Source: Cenococcum geophilum (lineage: Eukaryota). Taken from it: a stretch of 64,000 nt of DNA. The translations under genes were made by a program, and so were the position numbers. Below the pieces are notes generated by a model that ran no database searches, was not told the DNA's origin, and saw nothing but the letters and a program-made list of their open reading frames with translations. The stretch lies in the NCBI GenBank assembly GCA_050273025.1, contig CP158635.1, positions 11,904,001 to 11,968,000 on the forward strand, written 5' to 3'. Below, one piece after another: positions 1 through 13,929 of this stretch. Position 1 is the first letter of the stretch, and every line of letters starts with the position of its first letter.

Positions 1-2570
1 TCTAGCGCATATCAAAGTGGAGTAGAAAAATAGTTGGTGAAACGCTAGGAGACCCCTATCTACCTATACTCTATAGGACAGAACAGGATCAATACACAAA
101 CAAAAATAGGGAAAAAATGAAAATACTAGTAAAGAGGTTCTTCCCTGGCGTAGTCCAAGCGGACCTATAGGACACTAGCAGTTAAGAAGACCCTATACCT
201 CTAGAGATAAGCTAGATAGTTATAATAAAGGAGATAAAGGACGCTATATAGAAGCTCCCTAATAGGAAAGTAGTAGGACCAGATAGGATCCTAAATAAGG
301 CAATTAAAGCTATATTAGAAGCTTTAATAATACTACTAGCCAATATTGCAACTACCTACCTATACAAAGGCAAGCTACTAGAATGCTATAAAGCAACAAC
401 TACAGTTATCCTACGAAAGGTAAATAAAAAGGACTACTCTCTACTAGGAAGCTACCGACTAATCGCCCTTAAAAACACGTTAGGAAAGCTCCTAGAAAAA
501 ATAGTTATAGAGCGTATATAAGAAACCGTAGAAGTATATAAGCTACTACTATAGATATAAATAGGCGCAAGGAAGAAGCGATTAACCCTATTAGCCATCT
601 CCCTAATTACTTTTAGCGTCCAGGCAGCGTGGCAAGCTAGGCCAGGCTATATAGTATCTATACTAAGCCTAGACATAAGCGGAGCCTTTAACCATATATC
701 GCACGAGAGGCTCCTATAAATCCTAAGAAAGAAGGGCCTCCTAAAATAGATAATTAAGTTTACCTAATCCTTCTTAATAGGGCGCAATACTAAAATGGTA
801 TTCGGGGGATATAAAAGTGAAACAATACCAATATACACAGGAATTCTATAGGGATCACCCCTATCGCTAATCCTGTTCCTATTCTTTATATCTAAGCTAC
901 TAAAGACATTTAACAACGACCAGAAAATAGTAGCCCTAGGCTTTATAGACGACACAAACCTTATTATATAGGGAAACACAGTAGTAGAAAACTGCACTAG
1001 GCTAAATCAGGCATATAATAGGTGCGTTATATAGGCAAAACGACATAGTGCCAAATTTGCACCAGATAAATACTAGCTTATCTATTTTATAAGGAAAAGG
1101 AGGGTAAACGATAACCTAGTGTTAACGGTAAGTATCTAGGGATGCGAAGCAAAGCTAAAAGCCACACTTAAGGTCCTAAGGGTCTAGGTGGATACTAAAC
1201 TAAACTAGAATATACATATTATAAAGACGACCACTAGGGGTGCAGTAGCATTCGCAGTAGCATTATGAATTACAGCCTTAACCTAGGGACTATTATTTAG
1301 ACGTACACGACTACTATACACAGTAGTAGTAAGACTAACAATGCTATACGGAGCCTAGATTTGGGGCCTCGGACTAAACGGCAAGCTAATAGTAAAAAGC
1401 TCCCTAGCGCCACTAGAAAAACTATAGAACTAATGCCTACGTAAAATTATAGGAGCCTATAAGCGGATACCATATGCCGCAATAGAACGCGAAGCAGCAG
1501 TACTACTACTTAATGTCTATATAGATATAACTGCTATATAAAGAGCAGCCACAGTATAAGGACACCTAGTAGAGAAAGATATATACTAAGTACTAAAACG
1601 TATACGCGAAGTAAGGCCTTACTAGAGAGGAGTAAGGTCCTACTAGAGGCGTAACGCGCCTAAGTATATAAGCTAGGAGGCCCTACGCCTATAAGCAGTA
1701 GAGAGAGAATAAGAAATATGGGAGCTACTATAACACCAAGTAGAGACCCAGCGCCACGCTGGTAGAGTACTACTACGGCAATAGAGGATAGGAGGCTACT
1801 AATATAGGTGGAGATTAACTATATATATCGCAAGATAGGCAAATATAGAGTAGAAGCGACGCTAGAAGAAGGCGGTAAAGACATAAAGAGCAGCCACGTA
1901 GAACACCCTATAGATAATACTGACTCTCCCCCTATATAAAGGATAGACGAAGGCAGAATCTACGGCTGGCTTTCTATTACGGATAGAGGTAATAGGGCTA
2001 AACGCATAGCTAGCAAGCATCTATGTCCTATAAACTATACTACACTATACGTGCGGATAGCCTACATAATTAGTACGCCACGTGCTACTTTTTTACAACC
2101 ACCATATAGCTAGAGACTAGCTATTCGCTAGGGCGGGCATAAATAATATTACCCGAATGCTCTCTACCAGTAGAGGCCTATATATAACGGCAAAATGGCT
2201 AATAAGCTAAGGAGTCCTTTAGTAATTCCAGATAGCATATAAGATCTAATAGGAGGATACTAGAGGATACGCCCCCTTTTAGCCCCTTAGGGACTAGACA
2301 CTCCCGCCTAGTTAAAGGCAATACGCAGGCGAACTACCTAACCCTCCTACTACCCCCTAGATCTTCTAAGATACCCTAGAAGCATAGTACGAAAGGTAAA
2401 TAAACTACAAAGATATATAGGCTAGGCGAAGGTGGAGCGCGTAAGACTAGCTAAAAGGATACACCTAGGTTTTCCCCTAATTAGGGATTTTTCCTATATA
2501 GAAGGTGGAAGCCTGTATGGACCTAGAATAGGGACCGAATTGGGCGATAAATAGAATTAATAATAATAAT
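1..2570 (+). mobile_element. Tad1-like LINE, 3' part of ORF2 (RT + C-terminal CCHC), RIP-inactivated; 5' end outside window
   Basis: De-RIPed motifs: GPDGIPN (~275), SYRPIALENTLGKLLE (~450), LSLDISGAFNH (~665), QGSPLSPILF (~850), catalytic GFIDDTNL (~940), CTCG..QSVRHVLLFC (~2045-2095). Ends in a (TAA)n tail at ~2558-2570. Many TAG/TAA stops. Confidence 0.92.
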
Positions 2571-2789
2571 ATATAAAGGGAATTTCTTAGAAGTATAGTT
2601 GTATATTTAAAGGACCACAGTCCCTACCTAGATAGTTCTCTCCTTTATAGTAAATCTTAGAATATAATTGGAGTTAATCTATTAGGTAACTACCCTACCA
2701 GTTATTATTACGTTGTTAACTTCTTATTTACCTATATACCCAGCCTATTAATAAATCTACCGTAGTTCCTACTATAAGGCTTTGTTATA
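2571..2789 (+). mobile_element. Partial LTR (3' half) related to the Gypsy at 44075-52034, interrupted by the LINE
   Basis: Aligns by eye with the reverse complement of ~44075-44290 (e.g. agtccctacctagatagttc, ccagttattattacgtt, agcctattaata). Ends gttata, the RIPed form of gttaca. Confidence 0.8.
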
Positions 2790-2947
2790 AATAATAGAAT
2801 AATAGATATATTATATAGACAGAGACAAATCCTTAAGGGAAAAGGAGTCTATATGCGAGGTAGGAAGGGTTTTCCTTAGGCATATATAGAGCACGTGCCT
2901 TACGGGTAAGTCACCCCTAGGTTGCCCTAGGGTCGCCCATACCTTAC
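2790..2947 (-). mobile_element. Possible LTR fragment of another retroelement family
   Basis: Minus strand starts TGTAAGG, followed by GC-rich short repeats and a TATA-like tract. No partner copy in the window. Confidence 0.35.
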
Positions 2948-2980
2948 AGCTATATAACTATTTACTTAGGTTTTACCTAA

Positions 2981-5900
2981 TATATACACTAACTAAGACC
3001 CCTAACCATTTAATTATAAGATTCTCGCGTTATTCCTTTCTCTTCTTTACGCAACGTCTTATTCTCTACAAGAGCTATACCTATAGATTTAGATAGAATT
3101 TATATTATTCCTTTAAATCTGGCCTAAAGCCTCTTCGCGCCCTTATATTACGTTATATTAATACTAATACCCTTAAAATAGCAAACGAACTTAAATCCGC
3201 TACGTTAACTATTATAGCCCTAGTTAGGGAATAAATAACTATAATATAACAGTCCTTTATAGATGCCTTAGCCCAGTAATAAGCTATACTAAAAGCTTAG
3301 CATTAGTAATTAATTAAAGCAATATATAAAGAACTCTATAACGCTAAAGTACTCGCGTTAGAGACCCTAGTACTAATACCCTCTATAAATAAGATTAAAA
3401 TAACTATACTTAAACCTAACTCGTTAAATACAAACCCTAAACTAGTAATAGTAACTTAACCCGTGTCTATAATAAATCTAATACCTATTATAAAATCTAA
3501 AAAGCTCCTTAACCTTCTAATGTTTAATAGAAATTAAAATAACCTACAACCCTTTATAACCAAGCTCCGCCTTAAACTTTTAATAAACTATAACCGATAC
3601 CTTACTAAAGCTAGTAAAATTAGCTATAGAATGTCTCGTTTAAGTAAAGACGCTACATAAACTATAGACCCATTCTTCTATAATAGCACCTTTATTAACT
3701 TTAAAATCTTTATCTCCCTACTAAAATAAATATATAATAACGCCAGCCGTAAATATATAGCTATTATAAAACTTAAAAACCTATAATAATGGAACCAAGA
3801 CTTCACTAGCTCCTTTTTAGAATTTTTAGGTCTTATTAGCGAGCTAGATTAGAATAAAGCTACTAGAGTTACTACTCTTTAATAAGCTATTTTGGATAAG
3901 ATTAGAGCCTAATTAGTAGGTAAAGAACTACTAAAAGACTACCCGAATTTGCTATAATATATTAACAAATTAATAAGGACCTTTAATATAATAAATAGAC
4001 ATATTCTCTAAAGCTAACTACACCTTACGTCTAAAGCTCTATAAAACCAGTATATACCCTAAAGCGCGACCCGTCTCTAAAACCTAAAAGCCTTATATAT
4101 AACCCTATAGACCTTAACGCCACTTAATTCTATATACCCTTAGGAACCAACGAATAAAGAACACGAGCTATAAATAGAGAATGCTTTAGATATGGTAAAA
4201 AGGGATATATTTAAAGGAATTGCCAAACTTACCCCTTTAAAAAGGTCTGCTGTAGTTCCTCTTAGTCCTTAAATTATACCCGTTCTATAAATTATACTTA
4301 ATTACTATAAAGTATCTTACCTTTAGTTAACTTAAATAACGAATCGCCCTAAGGCTAAGTTACGCCTTAGAATAAAAAGTAAAAGAGTATAAGTGTTTAG
4401 GCTCTTCTAGCGCTAATATATAATACAACTCCCTTAATATACTCGGCGAAATTTAAATACTTAGAAAATAAAAAAAGGTATAAATCCTAATAAATAGTGG
4501 AGCTACTAGTATAGGCTTTATTAATACAAACTAAGGGAAAACTTAATGCCTAAATTTAAAGAAACTTAATAAGCCCTAAGGCCTACGAGGCTTTAACGGT
4601 AAACCCTTAATATATAGCGAACTAACGCACTACACTCTTATAAAATTGCGGATAGGCAAATACCTTAAATACGTTTCCCTATTTATAATACCCCTAAAGC
4701 ATTATAGAGTAATACTTAGATATAGATAGCTAAAACAATATAACCTTTTAATTAGCTGGGTTAAAGAAATACTAAAGTTCTATATAACCTACTGCTAAAG
4801 CTATTATTTAAAATACTACCTGCCCTATAAATATGCACAAAATTATTCAAACTTAATATAATATATACTACCCCTACTATGGACTTTAAACTAAAATAAT
4901 AAGGCTATTACTACTAATCGTAGTAAAGAATATAAAGACGTTATACTAAAACCTCTTAAAATTCGTGTAATACAAGCCGTACCTTTTATTTTATTAGTAA
5001 GAAAACGAGATTATAAAATCTTTACTATAATTATAGAAGATATTAAGAAGGCGCTAGAACCGAAGCAATATATTAGCCCTCAACCTCTTATACCCAAAGA
5101 GTACTATAATCTAATTAATAAGTTTAAAATATAATTTATAGACTAACTACCCCCGTATTAGAAGGAATATAATTTTAAAATAGAACTTAAACCTAGTATA
5201 ACACTAAAGTTCGGTCCGCTGTACGGAATGTTATAAGAAGAGCTGCTTATAATGCGATAATACCTTAAGGAATATCTAGAAAAAGGATTTATCCGCCCTA
5301 GTTAATTACCATTTACCTTACCTATACTATTCGTTAAGAAGCTAGGAGGAGGCTTAAGATTCTATATTAATTGCTAAACTCTAAACACAATTATAATTTA
5401 AAACTAGTATCCAATTCCTCTAATTTAAGAGACGCTTAACTGCCTAGTAAAAGTATAATATTTTATAAAGCTTAATATAGTCGCTACCTTTAATTAAATT
5501 CGCGTTTATAAAGGAGATAAGAGGTATATAGCCTTCTATATACAATAGGGACTCTTTAAATACCTAGTAATACTATTTAGTATAAAGAACGGTCTTGGTA
5601 CGTTTTAGTAATACGTTAACAATACGCTCTATAAATTCCTTAATGTATTTATTACCGCGTATATTAATAATATCTTAATTTACTTGTTCTTACTTTTAAA
5701 TCTTAGAAGTATATCTAAATGATCCTTAAATGCCTACAAGACGCGGGCTTATAATATAATATTAAAAAATGCAAGTTCTACGCATCTAAAGTTATATACT
5801 TAGGCCTAATTATATCCCATAACAAAATTAAAATAGACCCTAAGATAATTACCGCAATTATAAACTAGGAAAGTCCTAGTAGTATATAAGATATCTAAGA

Positions 5901-8650
5901 ATTTCTAGGATTCGCAAATTTCTATTATTAATTTATTAATTACTTCTTAAAAACTGTTTAGCTATTAGTAAACTTAATAAGAAAGAATATAAGATTTAAA
6001 TAGACTATTAAATATAAATAAGCTTTTAACGACCTAAAATATCGTTTTATAACCGCTTTAATTCTTACTTACTTTAATCCTAACCTTAAATATACTGTTA
6101 AAATAGACTCGTCCAATTATACGCTAGGGGGAGTATTATCGCAATATAATAAAAACGGCGAGCTACGTCTAGTAGCCTTTCTCTTCCGGAAACTCGCCCC
6201 TGCTAAATTAAACTATAAGATATATAATAAGGAACTGCTTATAATTCTTAGATGCTTTAAATAATGGCGTTTAGAACTAGGAGGATTATTATTTCTAATA
6301 CGCGTATTAACGGACTATAAAAACCTACAGTACCTTATAACTATAAAGCAATTAATATAGCGCCAAATTCGTTAGGCCGAATACCTCTTATAATTTAACT
6401 TTAAGATTATATACTAACCTAGCAAACTTAATTAGAAGCCTAACTTATTAATATAATAATTATAGAAATTATTTATAAACGCCTCTAATAAACGGATTAT
6501 AAATTAATTACAAATTCTACTGCCCCCTAAATGCTTTAAGAAACTACGCCCTATATTCCTAGACGCGAAGCTTAATAGAAGTAAATTAGAAGTTAATAAG
6601 TAGGATATAAAAATTAATAAACTAATAGAATACGAACATAAGGACGACCCCTAGATAGCAGATATAATAAAAATAATTTAAATAGGAAAACGGCAATATA
6701 AGGATATTACACTCGCTAAATATAAAATCCGTAATAACCGATTATACAATTAACAGAAGATAGTAATCCTGAATTCCAAACCTTTACGATTTAAGATACT
6801 TAAATTTATATATAACTCTCCCGTAGTGGGATATCTTGGCTATATAAAGACGGTATAAGATAGTTTAGCGAGTATATTACTAGCCTATAATGCATAACTA
6901 TATGTGAAAATATATCTAAGTATACAGAACATACGTTCGCGGAAAAACTTCTTACGTAAAGAAATAAGGAGTACTTTAACTATTATTAATACTAATATAA
7001 AGATGGCGTAATATCTTAATTAACTTTATAGTAGATCTACCTAGCAGTAATAGGTTTATAAATATTATAGTAATAGTTAACCGCTTTATAAAAATGCGAT
7101 ATATAATTCCTATAGAGTTAATTAATACTATTTTAGTAGCTAAATGTTTTGTAAAATATGTCTTTAAGCTATATTGACTTCCTAATTTAATAATATCTAC
7201 CCGCGGAAGCCAGTTCGTTTTATACTTCTGGTAAGCTCTATATAAACAATTAAGTATATAAGCACGACTCTTAACCGCATTTTATTTAGAGATAGATGGT
7301 TAAACCGAAATTGTAAACGCGATTATAGAATAATACCTATAAATATACTACTCCTACCTATAAGACGACTGGGAAAAGTGGCTACTATTAGCTAAGTTTA
7401 CTGCGAATTATACAATAAACGAATTAATAGGCGTAACGCTGTTCTATACAACCTATGGATAAAACCCTTATCTTAGATTTAAACTATAACCTAAAATTAA
7501 TATAATAGGACCTACGATTAAGTAGATTTAGTTAATTAACGCGTATAACTTCGCTAATTAAATAAAGTAGTTAACGGAACTACTATAAAGCAAATTAATA
7601 TACGTTTAAATAGTATAGAAATAGCATGAAAATAAAGGATAAGCTCCTGCGTGTGACTTTAAAGAAGGTAATATAGCTTACTTAAATACACGAAATATAA
7701 AGACTTAACGGCCCTTAAAGAAACTTAATTAGAAGTTTATAGGTCCATGCTAAATTAAGAAGAAATTAAGCCCGTACGCCTATAAGCTTAAACTACTAAT
7801 TAAAATAAAAATATACCCGATGTTTTACGTAAGCTTACTGCAACCTTTAAAGGGTAAACCTTTATCTCGTAAAGTGCTACCACTACCTCCTATAATTATT
7901 AACAATGGTAACGGTTCTTACTTTATTAACTTAATTAATAATATATAATAAAAAACACGATCTAAACAATTTAAACTTTTTATTAAGTAAAAAGGATATA
8001 AAATATAAACCTGGGAAACCTATAACCAGATTAAGGCCGACGCGCCTTCCTTAGTAAAAGAATTCCATAATAACTATCCTTCATGGCCTACTCTACCTAG
8101 ATGGACACAATATAAAGGCAAATAACTACCACCTAATATAAATACACGAAAAACAATAGCAGGAAGCTTAAAATTAAAAAGAACTTAAAATAAATTATAA
8201 TACTCGTAACACGGTAAAACTAAAAGCCTTAAAATATTAAATTATTAGAGCCTCTGGCTAAAGGGGAGTAGTATAGTAGGACTAGCCCAGTTATAGTAAG
8301 AATGTCTTAGTAAAATACTTAATAGATAAATTCTGCTAAGTTCTGCTAACTTAATTAAACTCTGCCAAATTCTACCAAAACGAACGCTTTAAATTCTGCT
8401 AGCTTAATTAACTCCTACTAAGTTCTACTAAGTTCTACTAGATTCTACTGAAGTCTGTTAAGGACTATGTGCGTATATACGTGCGCACGCACCGACTAAG
8501 ACCCCTAACCATTTAATTATAAAATTCTCGCGTTATTTCTTTCTCTTCTTTACGCAACGTCTTATTCTCTATAAGAGCTATACCCATAGATTTAGATAGA
8601 ATTTATATTATTCCTTCGAATCTGCCCTAAAGCCTCTTCGCGCCCTTATA
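2981..8650 (+). mobile_element. Ty3/Gypsy chromovirus A (gag-PR-RT-RH-IN-chromo), RIP-inactivated, 5' LTR truncated
   Basis: Direct repeats 2981-3147 and ~8485-8650. Zinc knuckle CFRCGKKGHIQRNC (~4181-4222), protease LIDSGA (~4490), RT YIDDILIYS (~5660), RNase H ETDSSNYALGGVLSQ (~6100), integrase ~6800-7600, chromodomain-like FIKWKGY..TWE (~7980-8017), PPT aaggggagtag 8261-8271. Confidence 0.92.
8272..8650 (+). repeat. 3' LTR of Gypsy A, with internal 10-bp tandem repeats (aagttctrct)
   Basis: Follows the PPT, and its 3' part matches 2981-3147. The left boundary is inferred from the PPT only. Confidence 0.7.
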
Positions 8651-11600
8651 TAATTTAACCTCTTAAGCAGTAATGTAATTTAGAACATATAGTAAGAATT
8701 TCTTATATACGCCAGCGACTAAATCGGCATAGTCCTAAGCTAAAATCTTTTAATATTTAGACTAATCCTAAAATAAGTAACTAATAAGTATAGGGTTAAA
8801 TATTCCGGGCAGCTCGCCTCTATAGCTTTATTATAAGATCTAGATTACCTACTAAACTGCTTAGTTCTTAGTTAGTCTTTTAGGTGTACTAGACACTATC
8901 TTTCTTAGTCTTATATTATTAGGCAAGAAAAGGGGTTTATTAGTAGTATAGCTAGCGTCTTTATCAGTCTTAGCCTTTATTTTAATTTTATATTTATACC
9001 TTTACTAATATATCCGCTTAGCAAACTTTATATTAAGATGTTAAACTATTACTTAAAGTCTATAAGCATTCTGTTTATTCTCTACTACGACCTTAATATT
9101 AACGCTGTTAAAAAAGGCATTCTTATAGTTTCCGTTTTTTTTTTTTTATATCCATTGTATTGTACTACGTATAATACTGCGCATGCAGCCTCTGGGCTAT
9201 GGCGCTATAGTTCTATATACATGAATCCTTTCTAGGCAGCTTAACATGTACTAGTAGCTATGTCCTAGTAGTTTATAAACCTCTAGACTAGAGGTTTACC
9301 GCTCCCTAGTAAAATACTAGGTTACGACAACTATTAGGTAGTATTAAAACAGTAGAAAAACGGTAAAAGAAACGGTAAACGAATCCTAACGCCTGCCCCT
9401 GTACATTTTATAGTTTATTTCTGTCCTTTTGCTCACTACTGTCTATTTACTAGAAGTTTAGTAGGAGTTACCTCCTTCTAAAGCTTCTGCTTCCATTAGC
9501 CACTCTCTAGTAGCTATTTTTGTCTTACTTAGAAATAGAAAGAGCGCCCCTCTTCCTTTCTCTGTACAAAAGAGCTTCTCTAGGGAGAGAGAAAAGCTTA
9601 GTTGTCTTTGCATTTCTTTTCTCTCTTCCCTATATAGTCTGCATTCTAGTAATAGGTGCTTAGGAGTCTATATAGCTCTACAGCCCTTAAAGCATTTACC
9701 TTCTTTATCCTTCCCTATTGTCTTAGAGAAGGATTTAAAGAAGCCTTTTCCTAGTTTTAGTTGATAGAAAGCTGATTATAACCTTTTAGGATATTTATCC
9801 TTAGGGGCTTTAAGAGATAAAGAGTAGTTTCCTCTAGAGATCCTAGTATAGTGTTTTCCTTTATTTTTTTTCTGTTGCCAGCTGCTTTTCCACTGTCCTA
9901 GTATTTTTTCTCTTGCTGCTCTCCCTATATAGGCTAGGGATGTATAAGAAGATTATATTTTTCTTCTAGAGAGGCCCTTTTTAGCTAGCTTATCTGCTAT
10001 TTCGTTTCCGTAGATTCCTAGGTGGCTAGGAACCCAATAAAAGTTAATAGAGATACTCTTACTAGCTAGATAAGAGCAGCTTTGCGTAATTTTAAAGACT
10101 AGTTCTTGTCCCCCTGTAAGAGAATTAAGCTGTAATCTTTTAATAGCTGCTTGGCTATCTATAAAGATATAAACTTGTTTCTCTTCTAGTCTTTATTGTT
10201 TTAGATATTCTAGGGCCCTATAGACTGCATAAAGTTCTGCGTCCATAATTTCTATATAAGGCCCTAGATTCCAATTTGTTGCGTATTTAATTCTATTTCT
10301 CTCCCCTATTTTACATACAGCCGCTACACTTAATTTACTATCTTTAGAGCCGTCTGTATAGTATATATCTACTAGGTCCCATTCTAGGGATTCTTGTAGA
10401 TTTTCTACTAGTCTTAGATGTTCTTGTACAGCTTCTTCTTTACTACCCCTAGAGATAGAAAAGAATGCAGAAATAGGGGGAGACTACGGTTTTTGCCAAT
10501 CTAAAGAGATTCTCTCTATTTTCCAATTTTGAATTAGTTGCTGGACTCTAGAAGCTAGAGATAGTAGTTAAGTTTTTGGCTGTAGAAGGTGTCTTATAGT
10601 AGAGTTTCTAGGGCTAGGACTAGAACTAGAACTAGTTACTAATTCCTCCCTATCCTTGTCAATCTCTTTTATATAGGCCTTCTTAATTGCGTGGTTTTCT
10701 TTAAATTTTAGGATTCTTAATGCGTAGCTATTGCAAAGCTTTTTAAATCTAATTCTAGGAGGAGGGATAGAGGCCTCAATTTCTATAGCTTGCGTAGGAG
10801 ATCCTCTAAACGCTCCTAAAACTAGTTTTAGGGCCTTATTTTGTAGAGACTGGTACCTAGCTAGTAGGTAGTCTCTAGATTTGCTTTTCCACCAGCATTG
10901 TATTCTATAGTCTGCTATAGTAGTAACGATAGTTTCCGTTAACGCCTATGTTAAATATATCCCATATAGAGGTAAAAAGCTCCGCTAAGTATACTCTTTA
11001 ATTTATAAGAGTACTACGGCTTCTCTTAAGAGTTTTAAGCTTAATATAAGTTCTTTTAGTTATTTTATTAAGTTCTGCCTTAAGAGCTAGGAGCTCCTTC
11101 TTTAGATAATTAAATAAAAGAGTACTTAAGCATTCTTAGAGAGGATCTATACCTTTTATCCGTTAAGGAAGAGCTTTATAATTACTAGTAGTAAAAAATG
11201 CACGTTTTTCCGTATTTCTCTCCGTAAATAACAACTGGTATTCGCCGTCTGCACGGTTTTTTAATAAATAACACTAAGGGTGCGCGTTCCTTTTGGATTA
11301 AACTTATAGCAATTTTTTAAAATAACTTAATTTATATAGTTATTCTTAGCTAATATAACCGCGAGAACAATCGTGCGTTTTTTTAAAACGTAGTCTTTAA
11401 CTAAAGACTTAATAAGTTTAATATTATCCTCCGATTGTAATTTATTAGAAGAAAGTATAAAACTAAGGAGGTTAACTAAGGTCCTATTTAGATTATTAAC
11501 TTAAATTTAGGTTAAGGCCGAAAGAAGTATAGCCGTAGGAAAGAGACCTATAGTTAAAGGCGTCTAGGTCTGCAAATCTTAATACTTAGTATATCTCTTA

Positions 11601-12069
11601 AAAATGCCTTATATAAACCTAGACCTATAATTGCGATAGCTTTATTAATAATAAAGGGGAGCTTATTAAAGTCTTTAATAAACCTTAAATATATATAAAG
11701 CTTATATTGCTTATCCTCCGGGCGACTATTATTAGGGTTAATCTTATATAAGATTAATAACTTAATGCCATATCTTATAATGATTTCTATCGCAAACCTA
11801 GTGTATAAGTTTTCCTTCCGTAGAAATAGAATCTTGGTAATTACTTTAAGAATGGAGCTTTTACTAAAGGATTGGTTACTATAAACTATAATTTAAGGTA
11901 GCTATAAGGTTAAACTTAAGCCTATACGGCGAAGTCGGTCGACTAAGTCTATAAGCTTACGTTACTTAGTGCTTTAAAGGGCCTCTAGTAAACTAGTGGT
12001 TAGTAAGGCCGAGACTACTAAGCTTAAATCACTATGCGAAGCAATATTAATTATACACTTAACCCCCAT
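8651..12069 (-). pseudogene. Dynamin-family (Mx/Vps1-like) GTPase pseudogene, RIPed, split by a LINE and 3'-truncated by Gypsy A
   Basis: ATG at 12069. De-RIPed translation gives LPQIVVCGNQSSSKSSILE..IPF.RKENLCTRFAIEII (G1/G2, ~11900-11780), TLVDLP (G3, ~11480), RTIVLAVISAKNDYANQVIL..DPKGTRTLGVI (G4 region, ~11375-11270) and the middle-domain GELPGIFNPILISHLFWDQS (~8820-8760). The frame reads GVNGNY|ENAFF across the LINE insertion site. Confidence 0.88.
9137..10928 (-). mobile_element. 5'-truncated LINE with RNase H domain, poly(A) tail and 12-bp TSD
   Basis: T-run at 9135-9147. TSD atagtttccgtt at 9125-9136 and 10929-10940. RNase H motifs on the minus strand: YYTDGSK (~10360), MDAELYAV (~10240), IFIDSQAAIK (~10160), WVPSHLGIYGNEIADKLA (~10037-9985). 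Confidence 0.93.
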
Positions 12070-12540
12070 CTTCGTTAGCTATAAGTTTAGAGTAGCTACT
12101 ATAATTAGTAGAAGAATAATTTAAAGTTTACCAATTTATAGAGCGGAGGAGGTAGGATAGTAATTACCTCTAAAGCTTAAATTAAGAAATTAATTACGGA
12201 TATAAGAATATCTACACTATCTGTTAAGCTAATTTAGGACAGTAATTATTTTCTTAATCTTAGAGACTTTAGCGAGATTTATAGGAAAACCTAAACGTGG
12301 TTTATATAAGAAGACCTTATTAACTTTAATAAAATTAATCTACCCTCCCGTAATATCTGTTAATATAAAATTATACTAAATTATAGAGTAAAGCCTACTT
12401 TATAAGTTATAAGATCTTTAGCTCCTTATACGCACGCGATATTAAGAGAAATTCGTCGCCGTAGAGGCCCTAATTCTACCTCTATACCGCTAAGCCACTT
12501 AGTAAACACTAACGCTAAACGCTTACGCCTACGGCGCTAG

Positions 12541-12925
12541 CCCTTTATATAAAGCTATAGAGCTTTATAAGAGCTCTACGGAATAGAGCTTAGGGGGAGA
12601 CTTATACGGAGCTCTGTATAGAGCTCTATATAAAGCTCTACTTAAAGCTCCATATAAAGCTTTACTTAAAGCCCTATATAAAGCTCTAAAGCTTTACTAA
12701 TACGCAGTACTAATATACTAGGAAGGTTCTATAATCGCCTGTATAAATATCTGTATAAACGCCCATATAAACGCCTATATAATTATCTTTATAAATATCT
12801 CTGTAATTAATCTATACAAACATCTACACATCTATATATCTATATATCTATACGCCTATATATAGCTCTATATACTTATATAAAGCTCTACTAAGGCTCT
12901 ATATAAGGCTCTACCTAAAGCTTAC
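12541..12925. repeat. Degenerate ~12-bp tandem repeat array (aaagctctatat-like)
   Basis: Recurrent a/gagctcta units at ~12-bp spacing in two blocks. May be the low-complexity part of a dead ORF. Confidence 0.6.
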
Positions 12926-13440
12926 CCCCTAGTAGTAGTAGTAGTATACTAGGCTAAGGGAGGATATTTTTAAGAAATAACCCAACTAAAGTACTTCCTA
13001 AGTATTGTAATAGCTTTAAGTAATTAGATATATATATATCTATATAGTTTTATTTATATTAGCGGACTATTTAATAAAATATAATATATGCTAATAATTT
13101 TAATAATATGTTTTTTTAACTTTAATAAAATTAATATTAAGACTAAGTAATAGCCATATTATAAAATCTATACTATTTAGAAGTCCTAAGCCTTAAAAAC
13201 ATTGTATTAACTTTTAGTAATAATAATACGTTATATAAATAAATAAATTAGATATCCGTAATATCCGCTTAGCGAATTTTACTAATAATTTTAATAAGAC
13301 GCGCTAAACACTCTTAAATGTAATTTTGCAAGGAGGACGGCCTTACTATTATTCCGACGCTAGCTAAAAAAATTACATTTAAGCTTACTAAGGTAATGGA
13401 ATATAAAGATCTAACTCTAGAGTAGTTAGTAAATAATACT

Positions 13441-13929
13441 AATAACTACTAGATATATCTTAAAGTGGCATCTACCTTATTAAACCTTTATCCTTTCTGC
13501 TTATATAACCTACATAACTCCCAGTATAGGGTTACCCCTTTAATAACACTGTGTTAATATATCCGTGCTACTAGGGCCCTCTATAGCGCTACTAGGGCCT
13601 TTACTAGCTCTAGCACTTTGCTTATCTACGCCACTTTAGCCTAGCTTTAGCGTAGGACTTTTACGCCCTATTACCTTATCTAGTTTAGGAAAGGGCTTTA
13701 GTGTATCTTAAAGTACTCTTTTTAGATTAAACGGAAATAAACTACTTACAGCCTACCTGGCTATAATGTTCCTCTTAGTTAACGCCCTTTCCCTTATAGG
13801 CTTATATAGAGAGGTAAATTACTTCTTACTAACTGTGTCCAAGCCTCCTTAATATAGTTATTTAATTTTATTATAATAGGCTGTCCTTAATAGGGTAAAG
13901 ACTCTAATATTATAGGGCTAGAGCTTATA
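13441..13929 (-). pseudogene. Fot1/pogo-type DDE transposase, C-terminal fragment
   Basis: De-RIPed HKLQPCDIGVFTPL.TAY...GGLDTV.KK.FTSLYKP.RERALTKRNII..W..SGLFPFNP. No TIRs seen, and the left boundary is approximate. Confidence 0.8.

Noticed and set aside
764..997. Supplied 77-aa minus-strand ORF
   Set aside because: Antisense to the LINE RT; a chance frame.
9038..9235. Supplied 65-aa ORF
   Set aside because: Spans the dynamin/LINE poly(T) junction on the antisense strand.
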